A program made the translations under genes and the position numbers. Source: Tubiluchus corallicola (lineage: Eukaryota; Animalia; Priapulida). From it: a DNA stretch of 64,000 nucleotides. Below, in pieces: positions 1 to 22,384 of the stretch (position 1 is the stretch's first letter; each line of letters opens with the position of its first letter). The stretch spans positions 501,126-565,125 of the forward strand of contig JAQGDQ010000069.1 in the NCBI GenBank assembly GCA_030141605.1, given 5' to 3'. The notes beneath the pieces were generated by a model. That model was not told the origin of the DNA. It worked only from the letters and a program-made list of their open reading frames with translations, and did no database searches.

Positions 1-1327
1 AAGGTGCTTTATAGTAACAGCAGAATTAAATAAAGTTTTAAACTTTAGCAAAACTAAACAGAAGTGATTTATTGTAATTATTTGTAATACTATTTGTAAT
101 TTACTGTTTATTATTGCAAGAAGCCTTAATAGTATAATTTTATGAGGCAGAGCCACAACTTTAGTTAACTTTTAAAATTAGTTAAATTAAAAATGCAAAT
201 AAGTTCAACAAGCATCTGTCAAGTTAAATATTGTGTAATATAAAAAATTAAGCATATTAATAATGGTTTGGCCTAACAGTAAAATTATTCTATTAACTGC
301 CATAAACTTGTATTTACAGCATTGTTTTTCAAACAGTAGCTGATGTATGGTTACTTTGCAAATAAATGTAACTTAACTTACTCACTAGGTTGCTTATCGT
401 ACATCTGAATTTTGTAGTTTGTTATATAAGTTTTAGGAACCAATGGGTAATAGATACCAAGTAGTTAATGCTCAGTAATCCCAATTCACGTTAGAGTTTC
501 AGTGTGATCAGCAATGTAATTTTTGAATAATTTTGTATCAGAGCCTTTAGTTGTGAAAAGATTTTTTCTGCAATAATTACTGTACTGCACCCAGCTAACA
601 TAAATAAATGAAAATAATTATCGTATGCTCTATAAACTAATTCTCTCATAGGGCATGTGGGATGATTAATAAAAATTTGGCAAAACTCTTTACTTGACTT
701 GCAAAGTATTATTCATTTCCTTGTGATTAGACTTGGTACAAACTGTTGCAGATGCATGTATAGTTATTTTTATAGCATTACAAACAAAAAAGCATACTCG
801 GTAAATTGCATCCTATTATATTAAAAATTTTTACTGACGGTGCTACTTAGTTTACCTCCTAGGAACAAACATATTAGACACTCTAGTTGGAGAGGCTGAT
901 GCATCAGACTCTTGATACATAAATTAATAAATTATGATACTTTACAAATTAATTAAATTAATGTCAGAATTGATCTTAATTTGATAAGAAAAATTGGCAT
1001 TAATGATGTATAAAAAGGTACATTTTGTGTCACTGAACATCATGACCCAATTGACTTTTTTAGAAAATGTAAGGAACTGTCGTTCTTGTATGCATTTAGC
1101 ATATTTTTTTTTTACTTTAGCACATTTTTAATGAACAACTTGATGGTTGGGTGTGTGTAGTTGAGATACAAAATATAGACATTTACTATCTGTGTTTCAC
1201 TATGTTAGATCTTACTCTAATAAATTGAAATCTATTTTTTGCAGCTTTTTCTGCCTGATGATGGCTTGGAAAAAGTCAAATTACTTTTTAGTATGCTATT
1301 ATTACAATTTTTGTTTATGTCTATTAA

Positions 1328-9771
<8,444 letters not shown>

Positions 9772-10334
9772 GACTCGGAAACGAAGCCATCAGTGCCTAG
9801 GATGAGCTCAGTGTAAAGAACAACTCTCCTGGAAAAGCAGCTAAGATTTTTTTATTGTTAATTTTTTTTTTGAGATGATAGCATTCGTTTAGGGTCCTGG
9901 CTAAATGCATCGACAATCACATATGAACTGCATGTTTTTGAAAATGACTCCTTAGAGAATAAGTAAAAAAACAAAAAAAAAACGCAAGCTATAGATTTGG
10001 ACACATATAGGAGTGTCCTCGTTTTTTTTAATTTTAAAATATTACATTGTTATTTTTGTATTAAACGTAAAAAATCCAAAAAAATATGAGTATTTAGACA
10101 GGAATTTAATAGCTGGTTTTGTTATTTTGATTACCCACATTGTTGGGTACCAATAGTGTAAATATGAGATTAAAATTTTAAACATATAATAGAATGATGT
10201 ACATACACATTAATTTTATATTGTTAAGCATGTAAATTGTATATTTTATTCGGATTCTTTTCAACTATATGTGTTCATATTTATAGATTGTGTTTAGAAT
10301 TTACATACTACATATCTTGGTGTTCTTAAGCTGC

Positions 10335-10485
10335 GATGTTCTTAAGAAAGTTAAGCAATTGCAATTTTTTAACTACCTTCTCTATAATAAAGATTTTGTA
10401 TCATATTCTGTGATGTTCTTAAGAAAGTTGAGCAATTGCAATTTTTAACTAACTTCTCTGATAAAGGTTTTGTATCATATTCTGT
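10335..10485 (+). repeat. Tandem duplication of ~75 bp in the probable copine 3' UTR/polyadenylation region
   Basis: gatgttcttaagaaagtt(a/g)agcaattgcaattttt..aact..ttctct..ataaag.ttttgtatcatattctgt occurs twice; the first copy contains AATAAA. Confidence 0.75.
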
Positions 10486-10606
10486 ACAGCAGCTATTAAA
10501 TATGTGAACATTAATAAAATATTTCACTGTAAACAATGAAAAGAAGACGTGATCTATCTGTACGCTAAGTTAATTGAAAAAAATAGTATACAGCGTTGGT
10601 GTACTC

Positions 10607-11200
10607 AGGGGTGGATTAAGGGTCTCAGGGGCATTAGGCTACCAAAAGTTGAAGGGCCTAAACGTATTTGTGCAGCTACATATCATTGTACAAAATTTGC
10701 ATATCACTGATCCTAAACATTTAAAATGAGATAAAAATTTAGAAAATTTTATTTCAAATTTATTTGCTTTCAGCTGACTACATACTTGCGTGCGCACGTG
10801 CTCATCCATATGTGTAGCTTTGAAAATGAAATGGTTAAAGCCTTAGACAGTGATGTCATTATCCATGACTTTATTACGTTAGCATTTAGAAATGCCTTTT
10901 TTCTGCATTTAATAATGCGAAAGTCAAGTATAATGCCATCAGAGTTCAAGGCTTTTAACATTTCATTTTCAACTCTCAGTGGTGATAACACACCTACCAG
11001 GTTTTGTGATAATGTTTCACAAGCTTCAAAGCTGAAACGTAACATTTACTGATACAGTTTGTGATCGTGAGAGTTAAATAAAGACACAAAGCAATTTCCA
11101 TGTAAGGAAGATTTTGTTCTATCACTTTGGTATTATGAAGAAGTTTTTATAACCCTAGTAGCTTTGTCTCACTATCTTCTCTTTCATCTTCAGATCCATG
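10607..11200 (-). mobile_element. Degraded hAT transposase 3' end (dimerisation domain, ZMYM1-like) with a probable terminus
   Basis: The minus strand reads LSPLRVENEMLKALNSDGIILDFRIIKCRKKAF, resembling the hAT C-terminal L..L.IENE....L....II.DF...K.RK motif, and it is partly duplicated. CAGGGGTGGATT at 10607 resembles a hAT end. Confidence 0.6.
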
Positions 11201-11399
11201 TGCATATGAAATAAACTGGCAAAATTTGAAAAATCTGTAATAAGGTGTGATAAGAAGAAAAAATATTGAGTCAATTATGCAGAGTTCTTTGAGTCAATTA
11301 CCGACAGTTTTTATGTGCATTTGAATAGAAGCGGCCCATGCCAGACATTTTTGAGTCGATTAAGCAATTGAGTCTATTAAGCAACACCTACTATATAAG

Positions 11400-11401
<2 letters not shown>

Positions 11402-11466
<65 letters not shown>
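11402..11466. repeat. Compound (CA)n(TA)n microsatellite
   Basis: Directly visible in the sequence. Confidence 0.95.
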
Positions 11467-11469
11467 GTC

Positions 11470-12100
11470 GTGAACTGTTCCATGTCAGCTTGTATACCTG
11501 CTGTTACTGAAAATTTTTACAGTACCCATGAAACAAAGTTCTTTCTCCTGAAGATATTGTACAAGGTTTACAGACACATAGTAACGTTCTGTAAAAACAT
11601 GACGGCCTTTTGCTTCGGGACTGCAATGTTGCGCAACAGCTTTTTTCCATCACAGAGATTTCTGCTAGAGTATTTCCTATGTAATCCACCAAAATATGGA
11701 AAAGCATTTCACGAGTATCCTCTTTCTGAACATCACAAAACAATCTTCAAATGCCACTTGGTTGGCTTGTTCGGATTGTACTGAAAAAATTTTGTTCTTT
11801 GAAATGAACACCACTCTCATCACCATGTAAATGTTTATTTGGGTAATACACTGATTGAAATTGTCTGATGCACAAGTTGAAGTAATGTTTTACTGTATTA
11901 GGTCCACTGAATGAACAGTGCTAACATTATGCTTTGGAATAAACTTCAAACCGTTTCCTGCTCATTGTTCTTGAAAACCATGATTGGCAACTTTCATTGT
12001 CTAATATCCACTAGCCTTTTATCCTTGGCCTTGGGGACAGATGTGAATGTTGAAAAGTACTGTTACAAAGACAGTTACATTTCTTCTTTGTCTGCGTCTT
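11470..12100 (-). mobile_element. Degraded piggyBac (PGBD-like) transposase fragment
   Basis: Frameshifted minus-strand motifs WFSRTMSRKRF, FQSVYYPNKHL.GDES, FQYNPNKPTKWHLK and KGRHVFTERYYVSVNLVQYL..K.LCFMGTV match the piggyBac DDD core (MSR.RF, DES, Y.P.KP.KWG.K, F.D.YY.S..L, GTV). Confidence 0.8.
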
Positions 12101-15100
12101 TTTAATTTGCAAATGTGACCATCTGCAAGCAGGCCCATTTATAATATGTTTTTTACATTATATTTGTAATACAACTTATTTTTCATGCCTGTGTCTCAGT
12201 TTATTGCGAACCTTTCGTGATGTATGAATTTTTTGTGGGTGAGTATTGGTCCTGTGGAACAGGCCTACAAATGTTCACCGATCATTCGATTTATGTTCAT
12301 AACATACGATTTATACTTGTCGTTGGATATCTTCGTGCTGTCGTTGATGAAAAAAATGTGCTAATAATTCAGCAATTTGCTGTCAAGAAAAAAATGATTT
12401 TTTTTCTATTTAAATCGTAAAACAATGACGGTGTTTAAATCTAAACTGCAGAGGATTAAATATGTCGTGCATTTTTTATTTTGTTATTACTTCATGCGTG
12501 AGCTGTTGCTGCTACGTTTCTTGTAATCTATACACGTGTGCTTAATAAGTTTTTGAAAAAAAACAAATAGTAGTGTTTGCTGCAGTCGTTTCCGGGTTCA
12601 TCTTCTGCCCTAACACTCCTGTGTAAATCCATCACTATAGCAGACACTGTGCGTGGGTGTTTTGGAACAAAAGAAATCCTGGAAGATTGCTAAAGTCTGA
12701 AGAGGTAAATGCTTTCTAAATAATTTTACACAGGCATTTAAACCTATGTAGATAAGCATTTTACATTGGTGAGTGCAAAAAACTACAGATTACAGTTATA
12801 GGCTGACACTAACAGCTATTTAAAAGCTACAACAACAATAATTATCATTACCTACCGAATTTAATCGTATAAATATAGTTATATGTACTCCATTGAACGT
12901 ATTATACAGATGTACGTTACACACTTTGTATAAATGCTGCTATTCTATTCTGCTTAAAAGTAAACAATGCATGCAATTCTAACTTTATGCAAGTCAAAGT
13001 TATATATAAAATTTGCAACAATTTGCAAGCATATGTATAAACATTATGAGATAACTGTTTTTCTACACAAACTGAACTAATACCTTTACAACACTTAACT
13101 TCACATCGATGAAGCGAATTGAGTAAACTTTGGGCAACAAATGAACAGTCTGTTTGATCATCCTTATCTACATATTCAGATTTCCAGAAATTAAGTGAAT
13201 GTTTATATTCTTCTGAAAAGTGAATGTTTTCTGCACCAAGTTGCTACTGGCTAATTTACCATCTAAACTTATTTGTGAAATGAGACTATCAGACGGAATG
13301 TTTATCACCTTACTATGAAAATTGTCAGTGTAAGCCTGCAAATTACCGAATCGTTCCACCTTCATACATCTATGGTTCATTTTTACATACTTTAGTCTGT
13401 GTTAAAATCGGGAACTTTTCCAAGTGCCTTAGACCCAGCACCTTGAACATCTTCATAAATTTCTTGATTAGCAGCTGGGGAAATCCATTTTGGCATATCC
13501 ATGTTTTTTGCACACTCTTTTAACAACTTGTTTTAAGACAATGAGAAAATTAAACTGAAATAACAATAATTATAGGACAACATCATCTACTTTTCCAAGT
13601 ATTTGATCTTAGATGACTTGCTTCATATTGTGAAGTTCAAACAAGTCGACATCACCAAAAACGTTTCTAATTTTTAGCGTGTTTGTTGACTTTAGCAAAG
13701 TAAATCCTCATAGTGCAGCTTCACTTGACACATGCATTCAAACAGCAGCTTTTTACAAATGAAGTTTATGCAAATCCACCTCGTATAAATAAGCAATTAG
13801 TTTATTATTCTTTTTTTTTAGTTTTTTGTTTAGATGGATAATATACTTTATTTACCATTACATGAACACTGTTAAAATGTTGTTGCACACAGCTAAAAGC
13901 AAATGCATTAAGTTGCAAGTAAACTGTGCCAACTACTTAATGAGCAAATAAACTGCATAAATAAAAATTTTGGTCAAAGAGTCAATTTTTGCATGCCCTT
14001 CCTGTTTTGTCTTAGGCAAAATAACTTAATACATTTGCTGCAAATTTTAATGCACACGTAATGTCACGTAAACGTTGCCAATACTAGTTTGTTTTTCCAT
14101 TTGATTTTTCTAACCACTCACATTAGCAGCACCTGCAGTCAAAAAGTTACCTCAACAGCAGAACGGTATTTTATCTCGCCTCTCTTGTAACTAACAGTAC
14201 AACATTTAGACGTGTCATATAGTACTGCGGGAACAATATCTTGCGGTTAATGTGAAGAATATAAGATGAAATATCAGAATTTTTTACCGCTTATATATTT
14301 TTTGTTCTTCTGACCCACCTGTTTTTATGCATGCTTCAAAAGTATAAAATTTAACTACTTTATTATAAGAGATATGATTTTTGCTTTTGATTTCCCATTG
14401 AATGCATAGTAAAGATACAGAAACAGTGTATAGTATGTTATAATTCAGAGATAATTCATTCATACAGGGTCACAGTAGTAGACACTAACCTTCATGATAT
14501 CAATCTTTTATACTAGCCTAGCCTGAAATGATTTAGGTTAGGCTATCATTTATGTGTAACGTAAGATTTCTGATTGAGCTGTGATTTATGAATTAGTGTG
14601 ACAGTGCTTTCATTAATCACTAGCTTAGATGCAGAATGACTAATGAAATTAGCTGGAGTTGAAACAATTAACTGCCATTGTCTAAAAAATGTGCAAACTG
14701 GTGTCTATGGTAGATTCACTGAATCAAAACCTGCCCTGAAAGCGCCTAGCATTAAACCATCCAGTTTTAGAGTGATTACAGTGAGCTTTTTTGGGCCGTG
14801 TGCTGTCCACGTTCTTGAGATGACTCGACTTGTGCACAACAGGGTAGAAAGATTTCTCCTGCAGCTGTTCTACTAAACATCAGTGATCTATCTCCTTTAG
14901 GCGAGTTCATTGTTCTTTCAGGATACCTAATGCCTCTGCAAAAGAAGCATTCGCCAAGTTCATCACTTAAATTACTTTTGTAATAGTTGATGATATGCTC
15001 AGACTTAACTTCTTTCAATGTTTCTTTTAAATGGCAGAAATGCTTTTGTCTCTCATCTAGTCCAGCATTTGCTGGTTTATGCCTAATATTACAACACTAG

Positions 15101-15599
15101 CAATTTGTCAAAGTAGTGCTGCGCTCGCCTCTCTGACCTCCTCGTCGCAGGTGAAATACTCTTCATCCTATAATACCAACAGCATACCAATACCAACATC
15201 CCCTTTTCTTGTTTTTTTCTTTACAAACCCCAAAAGACTTCAGCTTGACCTTTGACTTTACCATGCGGATTTTATCTCCTCTTTTCCAGGTACAAACCAC
15301 TTCGAGCCTCAAGGGCTCCCAACAATCCGTTCCAGTATCTGGCAGTACCCCCGTGTGATGTGTACACTTTCCAGGTTACACAATTACTTGCTCCTGAAGC
15401 CCATATATATATATATATATATAATATTCTTTTTTTCTAAAACAGTATGATGTATGACACTTGCAGTCAACCCTCTAGTCCCAGCCATACTTCTGAGGAG
15501 GCCGTACCTTCCTTTTCCCAAGGCTCTTTACAACCTCTTCCTAGCCTCAGCTTTCCTCGGAGCCAGACTACTGGTGTCTCCACCCCAGGCCTCTCATTA

Positions 15600-15870
15600 C
15601 CGCCCTCCGGTTCTCCCCTATCCAACCAAGCTTGGTCTATACAATTTTTAGCTTATCTATATGAGCCACTAGCTCCTTGCCCCTTTCTAATGGTCGAATT
15701 CTATACAGGATGGGAGAACATTTTTTCACAACAATACAGGGACCCTGCCACCCATACCCTAACTTCTTTTGCCCTGCTGGAACATAAAAATACCAAACCT
15801 TGTCATCCTTTCGACTCACCATCATGGAAGTCTAGCTTTGACATCCTTTGAATGCCTAACGGCATAATAA
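15600..15870 (-). mobile_element. Ty3/Gypsy integrase C-terminal (GPY/F module) remnant
   Basis: ORF 15637-15825 reads DKVWYFYV..KKLGYGWQGPCIVVKKCSPILYRI..AHIDKLK, matching KL...W.GPY.V.......Y.I....H.D.LK. Confidence 0.75.
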
Positions 15871-15989
15871 GTTTTGTGGCTTGGACGGAAAATGCAAAAA
15901 TGGGGATCTCCATACTTCCACGAGGAGAAAGACTGCCATTGTACAAAACGCAGCATTTTAAATGCATGCATTTTTTTCAATTTGTCACT

Positions 15990-16270
15990 CAACTATGCTA
16001 GCTATACCCCAACCGAGATCTGTTCGCTGAGCGAAGGGACCATCCCCTACCGGAGGAATAATATCCTTAGGAATGAGTGCTTACCAACAGTTACAACCTA
16101 TGTGGTTGCCTGGAGCAAATACAGTACAAGCATTTGTTCACTGAATTGGCGCTTTTAAATACCAAATTCAATAACACCTACTACATAGTATTTGGCTGTT
16201 TCCTTGCAATGCTCAGATACAAAGGCATCTTCTATGTTTTTCCATATTTTATTTTTCTGATGAACTCCTA
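15990..16270 (-). mobile_element. BEL/Pao LTR retrotransposon pol remnant (protease-adjacent region)
   Basis: The minus strand reads IGCNCW*ALIPKDIIPPVGDGPFAQRTDLGWGIA, matching the BEL/Pao LIG.NC..AL.P..V.....P.A.RT.LGW.I motif. The C..C stretch at ~14800-15000 may be its gag knuckle. Confidence 0.65.
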
Positions 16271-17499
16271 GTTTTCACTAGACTTGTAACAATCAAGTAC
16301 TACAATGTCATCAGATAACTGGCTCCCCCAAATGAAGTAGTGAAGCACTGATATGTTTCCCTATGTTAAAGGACAAGAAAAGGGGTTTGTGAGTAAGTTT
16401 CTGAAAAATCTACTTAAAAATTTATATTTGTTTATAGCAATCTTAAGCATATGTCGTACTCATGTTAAAAGAAATTCCTGATTTCTTTCATTTTAAACCT
16501 CCAGCGATACTGTTTCGACTGCGCCATTACGTGACATCAGACACACACACGACGTAAATATTTAAACTCGTGCACTGACGGGGCAGCAATTCTACATATC
16601 TTTTTACTTATTTGTCTGTGTTCTGTGTTAATCTTTTCAGTCAATCATCATTTTTCTTTATATGCTCCCATTTCGGATGATTTCATTGTCAACTTGTTTG
16701 ACAAATTTTTTAATTAATTAATTCACCTGAAGACATCATGAGAAATTTTATTTCCACAGGTTGCTCTAAAGACTGAAAAACATATTCAGTAGGTTTTTGC
16801 AGTAAACCAGTAGCCAGTTTTATTCTGCTAATATTATTTGGTGATTTAAGTTTTGAATGTTTTCTGCAGCTGAGGTTTGCCTTGTTGCTGTTGCTAAAGT
16901 AGCTTTCTGAGGATTGTCTTTGGAAGAAACAGATATTCTTTACCAGCTTTTAGTGCACTTAAATTTTTTACATGCCTGCGAATAGTACACAGTGGTCTGA
17001 TTCTAATAACTTATGACAGATGTAGTTACAATTACACTTGCATAGAATGGCGTCCCGAATTTGATTGTCTGAATCACTGCGGAATTTGCAATCACATCAG
17101 CAGTCCTTAGACGAATCACAAACTATAGTGTGCTCTCCTTGTTTCCGATATAACTGATGAAAATTCTGTGAGCGAACACTAGATTGACTTGCGGTACAAA
17201 GTATGTGTTTAAATCATTCACTTGAGCAACATACGAGTCACTGACTTCATTTGTATTCAACAACGTTCGAAAAATCCCTTGCACATCAGTCCCAGCTATG
17301 TGCAGTAAACTACGTGCAGTCAGAACACTCTATGTCGATGATGGCGGACTTTTTTTAACATGCCCACGAGTCCCAACTATTTATCACGCTAAGAGATTAG
17401 TTATAAAATAATTGTTTTAAGAAATTTTGTGCGTGTGTGTGCATGTGCATGATGTGTGTGCGTGTACATGTGTGTGTTTGTATGTACACAGATGAGGGT

Positions 17500-19640
17500 G
17501 TGCATGTACGTGCATGCAATCAATCCTTTGTGAACGAATCACTTTTTTCAGTGGCATTGAATTCCTGCAAGTAGAGAAGGCCCATAGAAGAGTCTTGCAT
17601 ATCTGGAGAAGTCCAGTGGTTGGTATTTATGGTGAATGGATATTAGATCACTATCATAGACATTCTAGGCAAAGAACATGCACAACTAGGGCATGGCCTG
17701 AGAATACAAGTGGTATTGGCCGCTTGCATCGACCTTCAATTGGTGGATTGTGTCAAAGCTGAGAAGAGAATTCGTCCTTACATTCTGGATTTTTTGAAAG
17801 TCACAACATTGATTATTCATATTATTATGCACAAAATTATTATCAGTTTGCCCACAGTTTGAATTGGGGTCACATGGGATTTCCTGACTGGCCGATTCTT
17901 GCACCAAGTGCTACCTGGGTAATCATGTACAAAGAATTGTTACGATTGGCTGGTAGGAAGTTATCCTTCAAAAATATTCTTAAGAAGATGTCGCCCAGCT
18001 ACAATTGCTTACTGGGGATTTTGAAGCCATCCCAGGAATGATCCCATGCTCAAACCATACATAAACCCTATGCCGCTAGCCTCTACATAATGCCCATTCC
18101 CAACACGGCTGTACAGCTTTTCTCTTACGAATACAAAGAGTTTGTAGGTGAAGACGGTGCATGTCATTAAATGCTTGCTATCCACGAATTTGCAGAAGAT
18201 GTGCACCATTGCAACAAATCCCAACCTGTCGATGAACATGACACAGATGAAGAGCATTTCCAAGGAGCTACACATTGTAGCTACAGCAAAAAGCTCCTTT
18301 TGCTGGAGCGTAAGCTGCACGAACATTGTCATTTGATGTGGTGGCTACTGAACAGCCTCTTGCCTTTGCTGTAGTACCAAGATACATTCCTACAACAAAA
18401 CCCTCTGTAGTGATCTATAATTTCTGTTCCTATGATAGCCACTTCATTATCCAGCAGGGTGTCATTGAAGGCTCCCTCATCAGTGTCACAGCCCAAGTAT
18501 CCGAAAAATATCTCACCATCAGATAGTTTCGATGCCTGCATACAGCCAGAATGGGATAGGAGATAATTATGGTTAGGTTTATAGATTTGTAGTAGCATCT
18601 CAACTAAGGCAGGGCTACTCTTGCAGCTAACCTACCCAACCGACCACAGGCCAAGCTGATGAAAGACCGCTACCTGCGCCTATATGAAGGTATCATCCGG
18701 GCAAAGGTGTCATGTGTTATGGGTATGTAGACGATGCCTCTAAGTTGGCTGAACAGCACCTCCCACCAAAAGAGGACTTCAACAGCATTTTAACTGGAGA
18801 AGCTTTTACCATCAGACTATAAATGGGCAAAGCGAGCATGGCACGAATTTCATTTCACGCTTGTAGTTTAGAGGATTATTTACTCAGATATATGGAGCTA
18901 GATTGTTGGCTTTTGACCGATGTGTTTTCGGATTACAGCCACATATATCTTGCCCAATTTGGACTAGATCCAGTTCAGTATGCCACCTTACTGTCATTGA
19001 CTAGGGGCGCAGCCTTCAGAAGTTGCGACATCCAAGTCAATACGATAACTAATATAGACGTAGATATTTTTCAATCTTTCAAGGATGGAATTCGCAGCAG
19101 CTGTGTGTTGATCATTGTCCATCGCATAGTTGCCAGCTTTCCAGAAATGGGACATCTCTCGTATCAACCAGACCCTTCCTCTCCAACAACCTTTTATCTA
19201 TAGATATGAACAATCTGATCATGCCCTTTCTAAATCTCTTCCCTGCGCTGATTTTCGGTTGTTGCCTGATCCGGCTAGCGTGGATGTTGATACCGAGCAT
19301 GGGATACGTCGTGTTCTGCGATGGAATATCCAGAGGAGATACACCATGATGCAGTGTTTTTACTTTCGCACCTAAATGCATGACGTCTGAATGTTCATTA
19401 GCGTCTGAAGGCTCAATGGCAGAGAACTTGTCATTTGCATAATGTGCGGCACATCAGTTTAAGAGTGGCGAGAAACCTATGATTACTCAGTTTAATAAAG
19501 AGAAGTAGAAGTTCATATTTCCATGTTCAAATTTTACCTAGAAATGTGTATGGAGGTAACAAAGATCCATTCTGTCATATCGTTCTGGCAGGCCTCAAAT
19601 TTTGAGGCATTCATTGTCGAAGTAGCTTGAAGAGGAAGTA
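17500..19640 (+). mobile_element. Degraded protein-primed DNA polymerase B (Polinton/Maverick/adintovirus-type) pseudogene
   Basis: Frameshifted + strand motifs occur in the expected order: HEHCHL, SVVIYNFCSYDSHFII, EKYLTI, LPPKEDFNSIL, LEDYLLRYMELDCWLLTDVF..FGLDPVQYATL, FKDGIR, then an IDMNNL motif (cf. HNL.GYD.HFI, Y..LY...DV.LL.DVF, LDP.HY.T, GIRGG, Y.D.NNLY). Boundaries are approximate. Confidence 0.8.
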
Positions 19641-20269
19641 GTCGCGAAATGCTTTTGACAAGGTATTCAATAACAGCCACATTAATAAGCCCATGGAGGA
19701 TCTTCGCAGTCATCAGCATTTTAACTCCTTGACTTTGGCTGCCTTCATGTGCTCACTTGTGGAAAACAGCTGAGCAGCATAACAGTGCCTAGCAGGGATG
19801 CAATAGCCTTTTACGTCACTAGGCAAGCATACACATAAGTGCACATCAAATTCACAATGTACAGCAGCTGCTACTGGATCTGTTGATTACTAAATAAAAT
19901 TGAATATTGAAATCTTGAAAAAATCTTGTAAACATTTATGTAAAATAAAAAAAACAGATGTGATAATTATAATAATATTTTTCAAGAGAGAAAATAAAAA
20001 CAGATACTATTATAATTTTCAAGAGAAAAAAATCCATCTTTCTTTTCTGTCTAGACATATGATTTTTAAATACATTATATTTCTATAATGGTGTTGGATG
20101 AGATTCATTCACACAAATTAAAATTAGAAAGAATAAAATCTAGTACTTGATTTTTATTTTTGTCACATACGTATGCATACAGACCACAATAGCAGTACAG
20201 TCAAACCTCGTTATACTGCCAAACTCATTTACCACCTGCTAAATGGCTAGCAACAAAAGCTAGTCTGTT

Positions 20270-20551
20270 TGCCATTAGCATTCTGCTTACCAGTGGCTGT
20301 CATGAACACGTTGAATTCGGCTTTAAATTCTTTCTAGTCCTGGGTTCACTTTATCCGTAGACAATTTTGGTGGCTTTAGATTCTCCATATTCTATTTACT
20401 TTGTTTTCACTAAATTTATACTTCTGACACCATGTTTTATTTTGATGTACCTGGATTTCTATCTAGTAGAAATAACGAAATACAGTACACCATTATGTGT
20501 GTTGCCAAACTACTTTATTTACAATACATTCTGACGCATAAATACATAACA
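20270..20551 (-). mobile_element. Gypsy 5' end: ~119-bp LTR (20433-20551), tRNA-Leu-type PBS (20420-20432) and start of gag
   Basis: On the minus strand, TGTTATGTA...AATAAA...AAAACA is immediately followed by TGGTGTCAGAAGT, then ATG GAG AAT CTA AAG CCA CCA (MENLKPPK..). The element is truncated after ~40 codons. Confidence 0.8.
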
Positions 20552-21499
20552 GTCTAGTAAGTTAAAACTTACTTCTCATCTTGCTTCTCTTCCATTGGTT
20601 ATGAATGCTTATTTGCTGCAACTCTTTACCATTTTGAAAGTGTTCGGATGTGTGTGGTCAATGGCCTGGCCCTCCCCTAGCCACCCGAGCGTCGGCGTTG
20701 CTAAGCTACCATGGATTGTGCATTGTAACCGAGGGGAGGGTTGGTTCGTTACACTTTGTCACTTTTCGTCTTCTAATTATAATTTCGTCAATTTGTTTTG
20801 TTTTTTCTTAACAGCACATATGTTTATCTACATTTAATCTAATTTATCAGCATATGTTTGACCATTTTTGTATTTATTTTCTTGTTTTCCAAACCGGGAA
20901 TTCACCGGGTTGTGAAGTTTTATCGCCCTGTGTTTATTTTTCGGTCAGCATCTGGTGTGTTGGCCGAATAATGAAGACGTGCATAACATAAGAACATCCA
21001 TAATGTCTGCGTCCATAGCGCATGTAAACAATACTAAAATTCCGGTATTTATATTTTTTAAAGAATATTACAATTCCCCCTTACCTGCCCTCAGGTGCTC
21101 TGTCTCCTGTCAGCATCAGGTATGCTTACCGAACTATTGTTGAGAATTTTGTTGACTGCTCCTTTAATATATATTTTTCTTTGCCATCCTGGTATTGAAA
21201 TCCAATATAGCTTATATACTTACTAAACTGAATACAGCTTTAGTTATTTTATAACAGAATTTCCATACATCCATATATGTTCTTGGTAGCACCATACTAG
21301 TGAACAATATAAGTAGATAAGTAAGTACATAATACTGGAACAATCGGTAGTAGATATGCTGATGTATTCCTTCTAATGATATATATATATATATATATAT
21401 ACATAAAAAGATATATATAAAAGAAATTTTCTCTATCTAAGAAATATTGGAATGTATATATTTTCTTCATAAGTGTTCGTATAATAGCTGCATGGCCTT

Positions 21500-22366
21500 A
21501 GTCTCCTCACTGGAGAAGTCATCTGTGGAGACAGACTGTATTTGCGTGTGGTAGTGGTTGTTGCCCTTCGGTGCTCTTTTCAGCCAACTTTTCCATCTCC
21601 TTCCCGACCAATTTGCCTACAGTTGTTTCCATTCTCTCATACATGCGATCAACTGCCCCGTTCCACTCTTTTTCTTTCTTCTCTGTAATTTCTTTACTCT
21701 TCTTTTCTAATACTGCTTCCAACTTATTTAGAGCTGCTACTCTGCATCGCTTCTCCAGTTCCATTATCTCATTTTTTTAATTTTAATATTTTCTCTTATG
21801 ACTATTTTGTCTATGTCTGTGCATGGAGGTGGGGGTTTTCGTGGCACATTGTCTGACTTTGGTTTATGATGCGGTAAGGCAGGTCTAGTCGGCTTTCTGA
21901 TTTGGTTAGTTAGGTTGTGGGTACTGTTATCCCTCACAATACTTCTGCTTTGGTGGTTTCTAAATGTTGAGCTGCTCATTGGTGGCTTGAAGGTCTTGTT
22001 CTTCAGATTACTTGATTCAGGCCTCGCTATAACTGGGGAAGTTCCTCTTTTTTTGCGGTGATTTTCCGGTTTTGATTTTTGCTTTCCTGTTCTGACCTTG
22101 GACGGTGACTTTTGGGATCTCGCTCCTTCTTCCTGTCTTTTCTTTCAAGACCGCTGTCACTGGTTGTACTCCATTTAGAGTGGTTCAATCTGGGAGATCC
22201 TTCTGGCGACAAAGGTCTTATATCTGCAGATGTTGCCTGAGGTGGTTTGGCAATAAACTTGGTTGGCCAAGTAGTGGGAATTTGTTTGCTCCCATGACAT
22301 GTCTTCCAATGTTTCGACGTATAGGCAGTCCTTTGAGACCTGTAGTCACAGTTTGTACAACAGTAC
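21500..22366 (-). pseudogene. Disrupted ORF: C2H2 zinc finger, basic/disordered linker and coiled coil; probably a TE accessory gene
   Basis: After an acceptor-like ttgtttattctag the frame reads YCCTNCDYRSQRTAYTSKHWKTCH (C-x2-C-x12-H-x4-H). It continues through stops and frameshifts into ORFs 21764-21979 and 21519-21764 (E/K-rich helix). Confidence 0.45.
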
Positions 22367-22384
22367 CTAGAATAAACAAAATAG

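Noticed and set aside
11338-11784. 148-aa + strand ORF
   Set aside because: It runs through a (CA)n(TA)n microsatellite and the antisense strand of a piggyBac relic.
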